Of a stretch of 44,034 nucleotides of DNA, positions 11,705 to 24,601 are shown piece after piece. The DNA comes from Paraphysomonas bandaiensis (taxonomy: Eukaryota; Protista; Chrysophyceae), in NCBI GenBank assembly GCA_965644295.1, contig CBFFRP010000008.1, positions 1-44,034 of the forward strand. Direction: 5' to 3'. Numbering within the stretch: the first letter of the stretch is position 1; each line of letters opens with the position of its first letter. The notes beneath the pieces were generated by a model. That model saw only the letters and a program-made list of their open reading frames with translations, was not told the DNA's origin and ran no database searches. A program made the position numbers and the translations under genes.

Positions 11705-12177
11705 TCATATTTATTCACCATTTCACCAGTTTACCAGTCACATCTATATCTTACATATAGTCACACATCTGTAACTGAATTTACTGCCATTGTATCAATA
11801 AGAGTTGATTTCACCTGTTGCACATTGTTTACTCACTTAAATCGCACAATCTATATTCTATATCACATCATACTGCAAAACTCAACACAATACAATCAAA
11901 TGATAACAACCAACTATTACAACTGGCTGTGTAGAGATATTATTAGGTCTTATTCGTTGTTATAGGAGCCTTTATAAAACTTTATAAAATTTTAGCCTTT
12001 GCAATAACTATCGCTGACCTTACTCTTAGTGAGTTTGTATCATTTATGCATTTGCATTGATCATTGAATTCCAATAAAAGAAAAATCAATAACATTATTT
12101 CAAGTCTATAAAGTTAGATTATCGGATTTCATGAATCTACAAAACAGTATTATTGTAAATGAATACATTAGCATGTA

Positions 12178-12576
12178 GTAGTAGTGAATGTCCGATTATT
12201 AGCAATCGGCGTGTAAGAGCAGAACAAATGTAGTACTTAACTATGATATCCTACTACTTGGCGCTACGAAAGCTACTGGTGTGTCACCGCAAGCACCAAT
12301 GTGCAACCAGGTTTGCTCTCTGTCAAGATGAACAGCCCGGATTCTTGACTTTAGTAGGCAGCCCAATACTCCGGATGGCCTTGAGGTCTACACAAGTGAC
12401 ACTTATTAGTGTCCCTTGTACAACACAAGCATTTGGCTATGAGTGGTCTGAACAATATCTGCTGACTATATATCTATATATGATATCTGCGGGTCACGTC
12501 ACTTTCTCGGAGAAATATCTCCGGTACTTATCCCCCATAACACCACGAAAAGGAGCGAATCCGACTTCATTGAGGG
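12178..12576 (-). mobile_element. SINE-like retroposon copy B with 12-bp TSD
   Basis: Starts CCCTCAA on minus strand and ends in a CACTACTAC tail. Flanked by cattagcatgta (12166-12177) and cattagcgtgta (12577-12588). Confidence 0.9.
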
Positions 12577-13533
12577 CATTAGCGTGTAAGCGGAATAGTA
12601 TGCTACAATAAAGCTCATGTTATTAATTCTTTCCTTAATTCTCTGATCAATAAATTCAAAAACACATCTCTAAAGAACACTAAAATAAAGTTACGGAGTA
12701 TGAATAAAATGCTTTGACTAACATACCCTGAAATAGAACTAGACGAAAGAGCAATAAATGGAAAGAAAGCTGATGCAGCAGATGCTTCAGGGCATACTAT
12801 CTGCAATGCCAGATATAACGAAGCTAATGGCTTCATGGGTTGGCGATGCAGTTTATCTGCATCTGAGGGCGTGTGTAAAACTTTTTGCGTAAAAAGGTAG
12901 CGTGGTGCTGCTAAACCCTGAAAGCTAATGCGTAGAAAGGCCATCTGATATCTGGATAAGCGGGTGACACTCACTATGAATATAATGCATACGGGCGGTA
13001 CGTATATATCATCGTGAAATGATGTGTGATGATTCCTCGTATCGAGCAGAGACCTGAACTATTTATCCCCATTGACAAGAATAAGAGAAGACGACAGAGG
13101 AAACCAATAGGAGGTTATGCGGGACGGTATGAGACGACTCTCTCGGCGTATTGGCATCCTTTGTGTATTTTTGTTCAAAGACGCCTCTAATGATGAGACA
13201 ACAATTACAGTATCTGTATTCCAGCTGTAGTTGTATGTAGGTACTATACAAGTGTTTTGCTTCATATTTCTGAATAACTGCCGATGAGTCATCGGCACCA
13301 AATGCTCTACTACATTGGCTGCAGATTTTACTAGAAATTAGGGATTCCTTATATAAATTTCCGATTTCTATATTTGCACAAAACCCTGTCAAGAACAACA
13401 CGACTTTCTTAACAAAGTGCTCGTTTCGCCCATACACACACTGCTGCTGTACATACATGTGGACACCCCACTCACACATAGCGAAAACATATACTGACAT
13501 AAAGAGAGTGCAGTGAGTGTGTAGGAGTGTTGC

Positions 13534-14700
13534 ATGTGTAGTGCCCTGAGCATGAGCATGAGCAGTGCGGTGATGCGTGTGTTCTCTAATGAAGATATTA
13601 TGACCAGAGAGGTGTGCTCATATCTGCCATCAGGAGCTGTGCTGCCGTTACTGCTAACCAGACGGTGCCTCTATCTCCGCGCTAGAACAGTGGATGGGTA
13701 CATGATGTCCAATATGTCTCATTTTTGCTCCAGCGTATCGCTTGTGCAGTGGGCATGTGACATGGGATGCCCATTAGCAGATAGATCTCTACTTTGTCGC
13801 TATGCCGCTGCTGCTGGTAACACGGAAGTTCTAGAGTGGGCGAGATCCTTAGATTCTCCGTTTAGTTGGGATTCTACTGTGTGCGCTTTAGCTGCCAAAG
13901 CTGGTCGTCTTGATTCGCTTCGATGGTTACGAGGACGGCATCCACCTTGCCCATGGGACGAACGGTGCTGTATATTGGCTGCTTTGTCTGGGCATATAGA
14001 AGTGCTTCAATGGCTGCGGACTCAGAACCCTCCATGTCCATGGGATAGCCGCTGTTTTGCAGCAGCGGCTACAGGAGGGCATATCGACACAATGGAATGG
14101 TTACTATATACCGACCCTCCATGCCCCTGGAGTGATGAAGTATGTGCGAGTGCCGCTCGCGCGGGGCATTTGCCAGCACTTAAGTGGCTTAGAGAACAAA
14201 GCCCCCCTTGTCCATGGGGTGTCCGCGTAGGAGTTGCTGCCTCTTCCGCCGGGCACCTTGAAATCCTCCAATGGGCTACAGAGCAGGTTCCACCTTATTC
14301 AATCTCAACTATATGCTACCCTGCTGCAGTGTCATCTGGACATATACATATTCTTCAGTGGCTAGTGGATTATAGCGAAGAGCCTTTACCTGTGAATAAC
14401 GGCTCCTTGTGCTTATTCGCAGCAGAGCAGGGGCACTTGGATGTTTTGGTTTGGCTAAGGAGTCACAATCCTCCTTGTAAGTGGTCACAGCACGTGTGCA
14501 CTGCTGCTGCAAGTATAGGCAGTTTGTGCATACTTCAGTGGCTGAGGAGCTGCGAGCCTCCTTGTCCATGGAACACAGAACAGTGTATTGCTGCAGCACG
14601 AAAGGGTGGACACGTTGATATGTTGAATTGGCTCTTGAAGCAACCAGCTTGTGATGATAGTCCTGTCACTCATCATTCTGGGTTGAACATTCAGATATAA
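13534..14700 (+). CDS. Ankyrin-like repeat protein (GHxxVLxWLRxxxPPCPW type), intronless
   Basis: About 8 repeats of C..AA..GHL..L.WLR...PPCPW. Possible F-box-like N-terminus. Confidence 0.9.
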   Translation: MCSALSMSMSSAVMRVFSNEDIMTREVCSYLPSGAVLPLLLTRRCLYLRARTVDGYMMSNMSHFCSSVSLVQWACDMGCPLADRSLLCRYAAAAGNTEVLEWARSLDSPFSWDSTVCALAAKAGRLDSLRWLRGRHPPCPWDERCCILAALSGHIEVLQWLRTQNPPCPWDSRCFAAAATGGHIDTMEWLLYTDPPCPWSDEVCASAARAGHLPALKWLREQSPPCPWGVRVGVAASSAGHLEILQWATEQVPPYSISTICYPAAVSSGHIHILQWLVDYSEEPLPVNNGSLCLFAAEQGHLDVLVWLRSHNPPCKWSQHVCTAAASIGSLCILQWLRSCEPPCPWNTEQCIAAARKGGHVDMLNWLLKQPACDDSPVTHHSGLNIQI

Positions 14701-14897
14701 ACATGTATTTACTATACCTCGAGGCTACATATAAGTTTGTGTGTTTAATTTAAGGGTATGTATAGTTAAAGTATCTTTCTTTAAGTTGACTTAGAGTTGA
14801 GAAGTCTAAAAAGTGAATTTGGTACCCAGATATTTAACGAATTCCTGGTTGTGTCGTCGGCGTTACGTGAGGATTCCATTGCTGCGAGTATATATAC

Positions 14898-15891
14898 CAG
14901 CGCTTGGTATTCATTAATGGTAACGCCATTATAATTGCGGGAAAGTTGTTACCCGTTTAATGGCGATTGATATATGCTATAAAGAATTGAGTGTTTTTAA
15001 AGATATAGTGTCACCTCTATTCTCCGAAGAAACTCGAGACAATGTTAATGCAACTCTACCGATTATTTGTGGCATATTTTGACAACGAAAGTGAAGAAAC
15101 TTACTTCACACAGCGTGTTCTGGACAGCGCTGAGGTCAGCATGAGAGCTCGACTTTAGTCCAGCTACCGCAGCTTGCTTCATATGGAAGCTCTATCTAAT
15201 GTTTTTCGCTACCATTTTAGGTGACCAAATTGATTATGTCACCTGAGCGTCGAGACATGAACCCACATCGTGTAGAATCGTTGCTATTCCTTAGAGCCAA
15301 TTACATGTTGTGGCTCCATGAGGAGATCCTGATGTGCTAGTGGAGAGCGAGAAGAATATATTGTTCTAGTAGTTACGACTCGTAGTCTGTTATTTAAGCT
15401 AATTAGTAATTAAGGTGGCAGCACACTATCTATTATGTGCGATATTTTCTAGTTAGTCATTGACGCTACCATTATAATAATTGCCGATAGTATTTTATTG
15501 ACGACTATTATAATTTTGGGGAATTAATGAGTGAATACACGTCCAGTAATCATTTAATTGTGTCATAACTTGACACGAATTGCTGCTGTTCTTTCGCTTC
15601 AATAAGCACTTGTGGACCGCAAAGGCAGTGCAACAGGTCATCGATGATGAATTCTCCGATCATGACGAGAATGACGACGGCAGTGACGAAGAGTTGGAAT
15701 ACGTAAAGTACTAGGTGCTGCATAGTTATTGGGTTTTCATTATCATGTTGTAACCTCTAACTAGTTCCTACCGATCGAGCTAATGTCTTCTACTTAGCAC
15801 CAATATATGTCAATATATTTATTATTGGTCTTTATATAATACTATTATTATTTTTCTATTTTTGCTGGCAAAATATTGTTACCCGGCCCTG
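14898..15891 (+). mobile_element. Degenerate hAT-like DNA transposon relic
   Basis: Residual peptide ELLLFFRFNKHLWTAKAVQQVIDDE...* (~15577-15714) resembles the C-terminus of the hAT dimerisation domain. Imperfect TIR CAGCGCTTGGTA (14898) vs reverse complement CAGGGCCGGGTA (15880-15891). No 8-bp TSD seen. Confidence 0.45.
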
Positions 15892-16199
15892 ACTAGAATT
15901 CTAAAGGCTAACCGAGTGGGTAGTAAACAGCAATAGTGAAGAGTGTCATATATTTATAAATTGACGATTCAGGTTGTGATTGAATTAATCGAATACAAGT
16001 AAGTATCCATATAAATAAAATTGTTGAAAGCTAGACGAGGTAAACATCGGCTTACTCAAACATAGCAAATCAAATTAAAGCTATAATAATGCTGCAACAA
16101 AGCTGGAAACGGTCACTTTTCACCATAATAAATTTGTAGATACATATTTCACATCGTATGGCTCGTACACGTCAACAATTAAACTATCCCATCAAGTGT

Positions 16200-17501
16200 T
16201 TACATCAGCATACCGTGATAATCTCTAATTTTGTCTGTAGTGTTAATACTAGACCGGAGTTTGTCTTTCGTCGACATGTACTCTCTCATTTTGTGTCTGT
16301 ACTCCTTTCTCTGTGCTGCCCGCTGCTCGATCTGCTGCATTTTTCTGAGCTCCTTGTGTTGTCTGACTATTAGAGACATCACTTCCGTTTCAGAAAGAGA
16401 ACGGAGAGCAGAACTCGTAAGTGGTCCCTTCTGGTCGGCGATTCCTAACATGTCTGGAGTCATGCGGGCGCGGAGGAGTCCCTCTCGACGTTGTGCCGCA
16501 ACAGAGGCACGATCATCAATGGGTTTGTGGTTCTGTTTGTAGTACCTTCGAAAGGCACGGTGCCCAACGCTGCGTCCATCCGTCAATACCAACTCCCCAA
16601 TAGCAGACACCTCTAGGGCATCGTCACCAAGATCTTCATCATCTCCACCCTCTGCATAGCTCGAAGAAAAATCATAGAATTCTTCGAATTCGTCCACATC
16701 AACCTCCTCCTCATAGGCGATCTTACAATGAGACTTGCTTATCATGTGATTCTGACAGGGCCGACCTGGTCGCAACTGTTTCTGACAATACAGACATATA
16801 CCACCAATCTTAACTTTCTCCCCCAGATATGTGAGCAAGCCTGGCAGATCAACTAAATACTCTCGTTCCGGTATGAAAAAGCCAAACGCGGTCTCCATAT
16901 ATGTGACGCACTCGTCGACAGTCACAAATTCTTTGTCATCGAAAATACTAATATTGGGCTCAATAATTATCACTTCGTCGGTATCCTCTTCACCATCTTC
17001 CTCGCTGTCATCAGCATCTGCAGTTTCGTCCGCTGGTTCAGCCTCCACCGCAGCAGCTACCACACCATCTACATTTTCCGGTTCCACACCATGATTCAAA
17101 GCTAGCGCCTTCAAATTGTGAGCAATATCGTCAACTTTGCTTGCGTTCTGTATGTTATCCGATAATTCGGCTGGGGCGCTAGCCGATGAATCAAATTTTA
17201 CAGGTTCGTCGGGAGATTTCTCTCTCGTGACCTGCATCCCCTTCCCAGATGAGTCTGTGGGCACAGGAGGGGGAGGAGACTGCGTCTTAGTCATCGGAGT
17301 GTTTTGAGCAACTCGTTTCTTTTTTACAGGAAATTGCCGACGATACTCTTCAAGTGTGACATGAGGGAGTCCATTGGCTCTCCTCTTAGAGTTAAATACA
17401 TGCCAATCGGTCCTGTAGTGCTCTCGAACAATCTCTACTGATGAAAAGGCTGCTTTGCATGTGTTACAACGAGTAACCACAGGTACAGTGAACTCTGACA
17501 T
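16200..17501 (-). CDS. REI1: REI1/ZNF622 pre-60S ribosome maturation zinc-finger protein
   Basis: N-terminal C..C...HYRTDWHVFNSKR, GFFIPEREYLVDLPGLLTYLGEKV, CLYC...HM.SKSHCKI and GHRAFRRYYKQ motifs. ATG at 17501. Confidence 0.95.
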   Translation of the reverse strand: MSEFTVPVVTRCNTCKAAFSSVEIVREHYRTDWHVFNSKRRANGLPHVTLEEYRRQFPVKKKRVAQNTPMTKTQSPPPPVPTDSSGKGMQVTREKSPDEPVKFDSSASAPAELSDNIQNASKVDDIAHNLKALALNHGVEPENVDGVVAAAVEAEPADETADADDSEEDGEEDTDEVIIIEPNISIFDDKEFVTVDECVTYMETAFGFFIPEREYLVDLPGLLTYLGEKVKIGGICLYCQKQLRPGRPCQNHMISKSHCKIAYEEEVDVDEFEEFYDFSSSYAEGGDDEDLGDDALEVSAIGELVLTDGRSVGHRAFRRYYKQNHKPIDDRASVAAQRREGLLRARMTPDMLGIADQKGPLTSSALRSLSETEVMSLIVRQHKELRKMQQIEQRAAQRKEYRHKMREYMSTKDKLRSSINTTDKIRDYHGMLM

Positions 17502-18051
17502 CCTCAATATATTCCAACAAATAGAAAGAAAACTTTGTCAGTGATGTATGAGAGCTGAGAGCAGGGTATGGTGTCTGTTCTGTGTCGACCAGTGCAGAGG
17601 AGTATCGTGGAGATGGTCCAAGTGTACAGTCGTAATAGCATGCTGTATAAGGAGCAGAGCCACCCACCCTTCTGTCCAACCACCCAGCTATATGTTGATT
17701 GGTTGACATATCTTCTCTTCTTTTTGAGAATCCACCAATAGGCTTTCGTATCTAATGATTGAAGATATATCAGTGGCCTATAGTACGGTATAATACGGTG
17801 AATCGAAGTCACGACCAGCAGAGTCTCTGTAAGATTAGGGGTAGGAATTCCTATAACCCGTATACACTGCTATACAGTGCTATACAGTGCACTCGCGTTA
17901 TGGTGGTAATGTATATGTATGTCAGTCACCTCAGCAAAGTCATGTGGGTTGCATAGTTACTTGCAGAGACTCATGAATGAGATTTGAATATTCTGCCGTG
18001 AAAAGATAAGTAAGAAAAGTGAGTGCAGTGCGGTGACTGTGTATTTATCAG

Positions 18052-19454
<1,403 letters not shown>

Positions 19455-20479
19455 TTGTATTAGATGATGCGCTTATGTGTTCAGAATAATAGTACGTATC
19501 TTGAGTGAAGTAGTCAAAATTCGTTGACATTAATTGTAAGATGCTATTTTTTTATCCAAGCATATGTAAAGATTTCATATATTATTTTTCTGATTGCGAT
19601 TAACGTCCGTGGAGGGTACTACTTATCGTGCCATATATCTCTATCGAGTGTTGCAGTGCAATAAGGATTTAAGCTTAATAATAGTTAGAAGTTAGAAGAA
19701 TGTTGTGATATATTATATATTATAAAGCAAAACGTGATGAGTGATGAATACAGCAATGTAAAACGTAAATAATAATATGGAACATAACTATCACGTACAA
19801 CGGAATAGTTGAAATGTACTGACGATCGTTATGATGAATAATAACGATATGAATTCAGTTTGTGTATATTCATTGAACACTATAAACTATAATTCACATA
19901 TATTATCGTAGATTGAGATAGATCTTAATAAGTGTTCTTGAATTTTTCAACGGGATGTTGGAAATAGACATTGTTAGCCGTTTATGTAAGTAAAGTAACT
20001 TAGGTTGTTACTTCAATAGGTATATTATGAAATTATAGAAGATATCATTCATTGTCATTCCCCAACTCTATTTATCTCTACTACACTAACTACTTCTAGT
20101 ACGATTTTACATTTTACATCGTCACTATTTTATTTGGTTCTCATAATACGGTTATCTACTATTGTATTCTTTGAGAGTGACGGTTATAATTCGAATATCT
20201 TATAAACTACAGCTTTTAATTTCTCAATATCAGCAAAATTCGTATACAGCAGTACGTATTGTCGTGCCGTGAAACAAACACACGATATTTCATTAACTAA
20301 TTAGCATACTGTAGGGTAGTTCAAAAGCTAAAAACAAAGAGAGTATTATTCATTCACAAACCAGACACTTAACACTAAACACACACATAAATGAACGTAA
20401 GTTTTCGAACACACACTTGTATCAGTGCACTTGTACCATAATTATAACAAAAGTACTCTTGTCTGTAATTTTGGCAGCA

Positions 20480-21676
20480 TCAGCAATTATTGTCATTGCA
20501 CGGGTGTACACGAACTGCCTTCCAGATAGAACGTCGTGATTGACAGATTTCTTTAACATGTATTTTCTTGAAATGATAATTATCTTCACCATAGGGTAGA
20601 CATGATTCACGACGTAAAATTTCCCAGCTTGATTCCACACTGGAAGGGGACAACGAATTCTGACTTATTTCAGAGCACGGAGAGCAGGAAAAAATTTCAT
20701 CTTTCTCCGACAGACCGCAGCTGAATTCGTCCTCAGTCAATACCTCAAACTGTGTTAATACTCCGGTGGACCATTCAGCATCGGTTTGCACAGTTTCCTC
20801 TTCGTCAACGGAGCCACATTGATAGCTGTGTTGGAAACTGGAATTATCAACAACCTCTGTATCGTTGGCCATTTTGACGTCGTGCTGACAAGAACTGTAT
20901 ATGATGGCTGCGCGGCACGAATCATCAATTTCCCGTATTACATTATTGTAAGCATCGCTGTTGACATGGAGGTCGAACTTTAAAATATTTAGCAATGCCG
21001 ACTCTAGCATGTTGATCGTTTTCAGGTCAAATTCTATATGCATCTTGACAAAATGAATTATACGTTTCGGTACACTCACCACGAAATATAGATGAAAAGT
21101 CAATATTTATGAAAGAAAAGTCATCACAAACTTTTGAAGCCAGTATCATACACGTAAATAGCAAACGGCGCCAGTTCCACGAGCATACTCGAAGGCGACC
21201 GTGGGTGTGTTCACCGATGCGACGAAGGTATATGAGAGCCACAGCCATGCACTCACCCTCCACCATCCCTTGCATCTGGATAGCGCACAAGGTAGACTCA
21301 ATAATACTGAAATAGCTTTCCTATTGCAATGACATTATTACAACATGGAGTATGTGCTAAAAGTACATGCCGTTTTATAGCTGTTGGCTAAGTTCACGGA
21401 ACAGGAGTCGAATGTTTGGAACTCTAACGACGGAAAGTAACCAACTTTATCAGCAGCCATGATACTTAGTGTAATAGACACACTTATATATTTACGAATG
21501 TCACTCGCACAGCATGTAGGACAACCATCAGATTGATACTTCCTTGAATTTTTATCTGCGGTCCGACGAGGACTTTGGTTGGGTACTCCACCGTAAAGCA
21601 AGTCAGGTACGTTAACCCGCGGCATATTCCAAGAATCAAAAGCCTCTGATAGCGCGGCAACAGTGTGTTCTGACAT
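20480..21676 (-). CDS. Cyclin Y / PHO80-like cyclin (5' exon structure uncertain)
   Basis: ALIYLRR...NWRRLLFTCMILASKVCDD...N..F joined through a 46-bp intron (21079-21034) to INMLESALLNILKFDLHV. Confidence 0.8.
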
Positions 21677-22474
21677 TAAATCATGGTTGTTACTCTGACG
21701 GCAGAGAGTTTGATTGTGTGATGCTCACCTCGTGACTCGTCAGTCGACTCCATATCCACTAACAGTCTTGGCATACTTGTGCGTACAGATATATGCTCTG
21801 TTAAGGCCCACTAAAATGTTCAGAAAGAGCATCACCTCATGGTGTTGCAGTAGGTGTCAGTATCTTGTCGCGGTGGGTGTCATGTGGAGTGTAGTGACAC
21901 CTAGGGCACATCACATCACATCACTAACCCGCTGCTATTGTACGACACGACTGGAGATAAATGACACTGAGGTTGTGATACTGCATAGCTTCTCATTCAT
22001 GTCATTACCCAGGGACAGTACACTTAACTGCGTGTGTTAGTTGCAAGTCTCCGTGCTAATGATGTCACTGATATCTGCAAGCAAGATATGGACACACTGA
22101 GGGAGCTCACATGGACTGCTGCATAATACACTATATACAACCGTAGGGGAGGTACCGTATGAACGCAGCTGAGCTGTATGAAGGAAGATATGGACACGTG
22201 CGCGTCTAGATGCTGGAGGAGGATGTCCATGCGGCATGGATGTTCATCGAGTCAACTCATATGACTCCGTGTGAAGCATCAGCATCGAATCATTCAATTT
22301 CTATTGGCTGTGTATTGGGCGGAGAACGACAGCGAGTCAATTGACTCCTGCATATATACATACATGCCAACACGTACATATCAGCACCTAACATAGAGCA
22401 TAGAGCACACATCTTGTAAGGTCGTAGTCGATATCGATGTGGTGATCTCATACAGTTGTCGACCCACACAATAG

Positions 22475-24345
22475 ATGCCGTTCAATCTCGTGATCGTCAT
22501 GTCTCCTAGAGTGGTGTTCATGAACGGCGATGGAGACATACTTGTTCATCGGCCGCTGCCCAATGATGACTATGATTACTGTGAAGTAGTGAAAGAGAAG
22601 ACTGATGAGTGTTGCTATAAAGTTAACATTGACAGCTACTTGCTTCAAACTTTAGAGAACCTTTACAATCAAGGGCTCCTGTGTTCGAGTCCTAATGTCG
22701 TAGAAGACGACAGAAAGAACTCCGTGCAGGTGCCTTTACTGTTGTTAAGTATTTACGAGAAACATATAAATAATATACAGGCAATGTTTTTATGCCAGAG
22801 AGGACTTGCGTTGGACACAGTAATGAACCAACTGGCACATATTGGAGTCGGATCAATTGTTGGTTCGGTCAATGTGCTGGCACTAGAGCTCTCTAAATTT
22901 CACGAAATGTTACCTACAGGTAAAGCTGAAAGAAAAGCATATCAGCACCGTATGTTATATGGTTAGATATACAGGCCAAGAGAATGGCCCAACCGAAAAG
23001 AGATCTGGGAACCAGTGCACTGGAGTGAGCCAAGATTATGCCAGTTCTCAAATCAGTAACGGGTTTTTAGATAGCACAAGCAAAATACGAGTAGAGCAAG
23101 TGACTGAAAGTATCGAGGTTGGTTGAAGTATTAAAATTGGTGGTAAAGTGTCGATAGTGTACAAGCGATATTATTTGGGATTTTGAATGTATAGGTCCAT
23201 AAATGCATGATGTGGTTGTAAGTATATCATTCTTTTTTATTTAGACAAGTGCAGCATTTACGTTCGATTACCTTTGCCTTCTTCTGGTGTCTTCCGTTAT
23301 CGCCGGTATCGGACTTGCTAGGGATAATTCCGTCGCTATTGTTGCCAGCATGCTTGTGTCGCCCATTATGGGGCCAGTGTTGGCTCTGGCCTTTGGATCC
23401 CTTATCCACAATTCTAGATTGACTCTCCTCGGCCTCAAGAATGAGCTTACATCTCTTGCCATATGTATACTAATTGGATATGCAACGGGAATCGTGGTCA
23501 TTTTCGTGGGCACAGAAGAGAATTGGCCCACACCAGAAATGAGGAATCGTGGAATGACAGAAGGCCTTCTCGTTGGTTTAGCTATAGCGATTCCTTCTGG
23601 GGTTGGAGTTGCACTCTCTGTTTTAGGTGAGACTCTGTTGAGTTATTGGTGGTACATATACAGCGACGATGTGCTATCGTTAGTTAGATGTTGATTATTT
23701 TGAACATATATGAGGCGTGTGTACCGACACCTATCTAATACTTATGTCATTATAGGAAACAACAATTCGTCTCTTGTGGGTGTTGCAATTTCGGCATCTC
23801 TACTTCCTCCTGCGGTTAACTGTGGAATGGCTTTTGCATATGCATCAGTGGGATTTTCTCTTGATTCTGGTGCAAAAACTGACGACAGCATACACTTTTC
23901 CACACCAATGAGCTATACTCTATTGGGAGCAATATCACTCTCTCTTACGCTTGTGAATATCGGAGCAATATATTTATCAGCACTTGTTATGTTGCGCATC
24001 AAAGAAGTGGCACCAGTGGCAAGTAAGAAAGCTTTCTGGCACGAGGATATCAAAGCATTCAGAGATTATAATCGGGCTCATACTGTTGCACTGCCAACTG
24101 AACCATCTTCTATAGACACTGTCACATCCAATTCGCATATGACCAGCGATGAACTAACCCAAAGAAAGCCACAAGATAACTGTCGAATAGCTGCTTTCCT
24201 TCGTCGCTTGTTTTTTTATTCCTTTGAATGTACAAGTAGTGAAGAGGGTATATCACCCTCCATTGTCACTCCTGCAATTGTAAGCGACATCAAGGATCGA
24301 TATATTTCGGACGCAATTCGATCTTTGGGCACAGAAGGAGTCTAA
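22475..24345 (+). CDS. DUF389 (TIGR00341-like) multi-pass membrane protein
   Basis: IAGIGL...AIVASMLVSPIMGP and LVGVAISASLLPPAVNCG. Predicted exons 22475-22919, 22967-23024, 23075-23117, 23245-23626, 23756-24345. Confidence 0.88.
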
Positions 24346-24601
24346 GAGATCCACTCCATTTTTATACTACTTTGTTTAATTGGTGTTGCTAGTTATTGAT
24401 TGTTTGATATCATGCGATTTGTTTTATAGAAGAATGATTAAGTTTAACAATAACACATCTTCATCGTTCATGTGGTGATAAAACTCACAGTTACGAATAC
24501 ATCGTAGAATACCATATATACATATATAGAAGTGTAAAAAAAACATATAACGAACTTTGCAAGAAGGCAATGTCTATCAATATACTAAAATCTAAGGCAC
24601 A

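Noticed and set aside
10972-12576. Single foldback/TIR transposon with long arms
   Set aside because: The right arm has its own 12-bp TSD and tail, and the same unit occurs solo at 37949, so these are two independent insertions.
12243-12611. ORFs overlapping SINE copies (also 29572-29983 and 37879-38364)
   Set aside because: Antisense to the element and frames are not conserved between copies; shared peptides only reflect DNA similarity.
12615-13500. Minus-strand gene divergent from the ankyrin gene
   Set aside because: ORFs of 119, 80 and 145 aa have no recognisable motif and I could not build a consistent splice model. Left uncalled.
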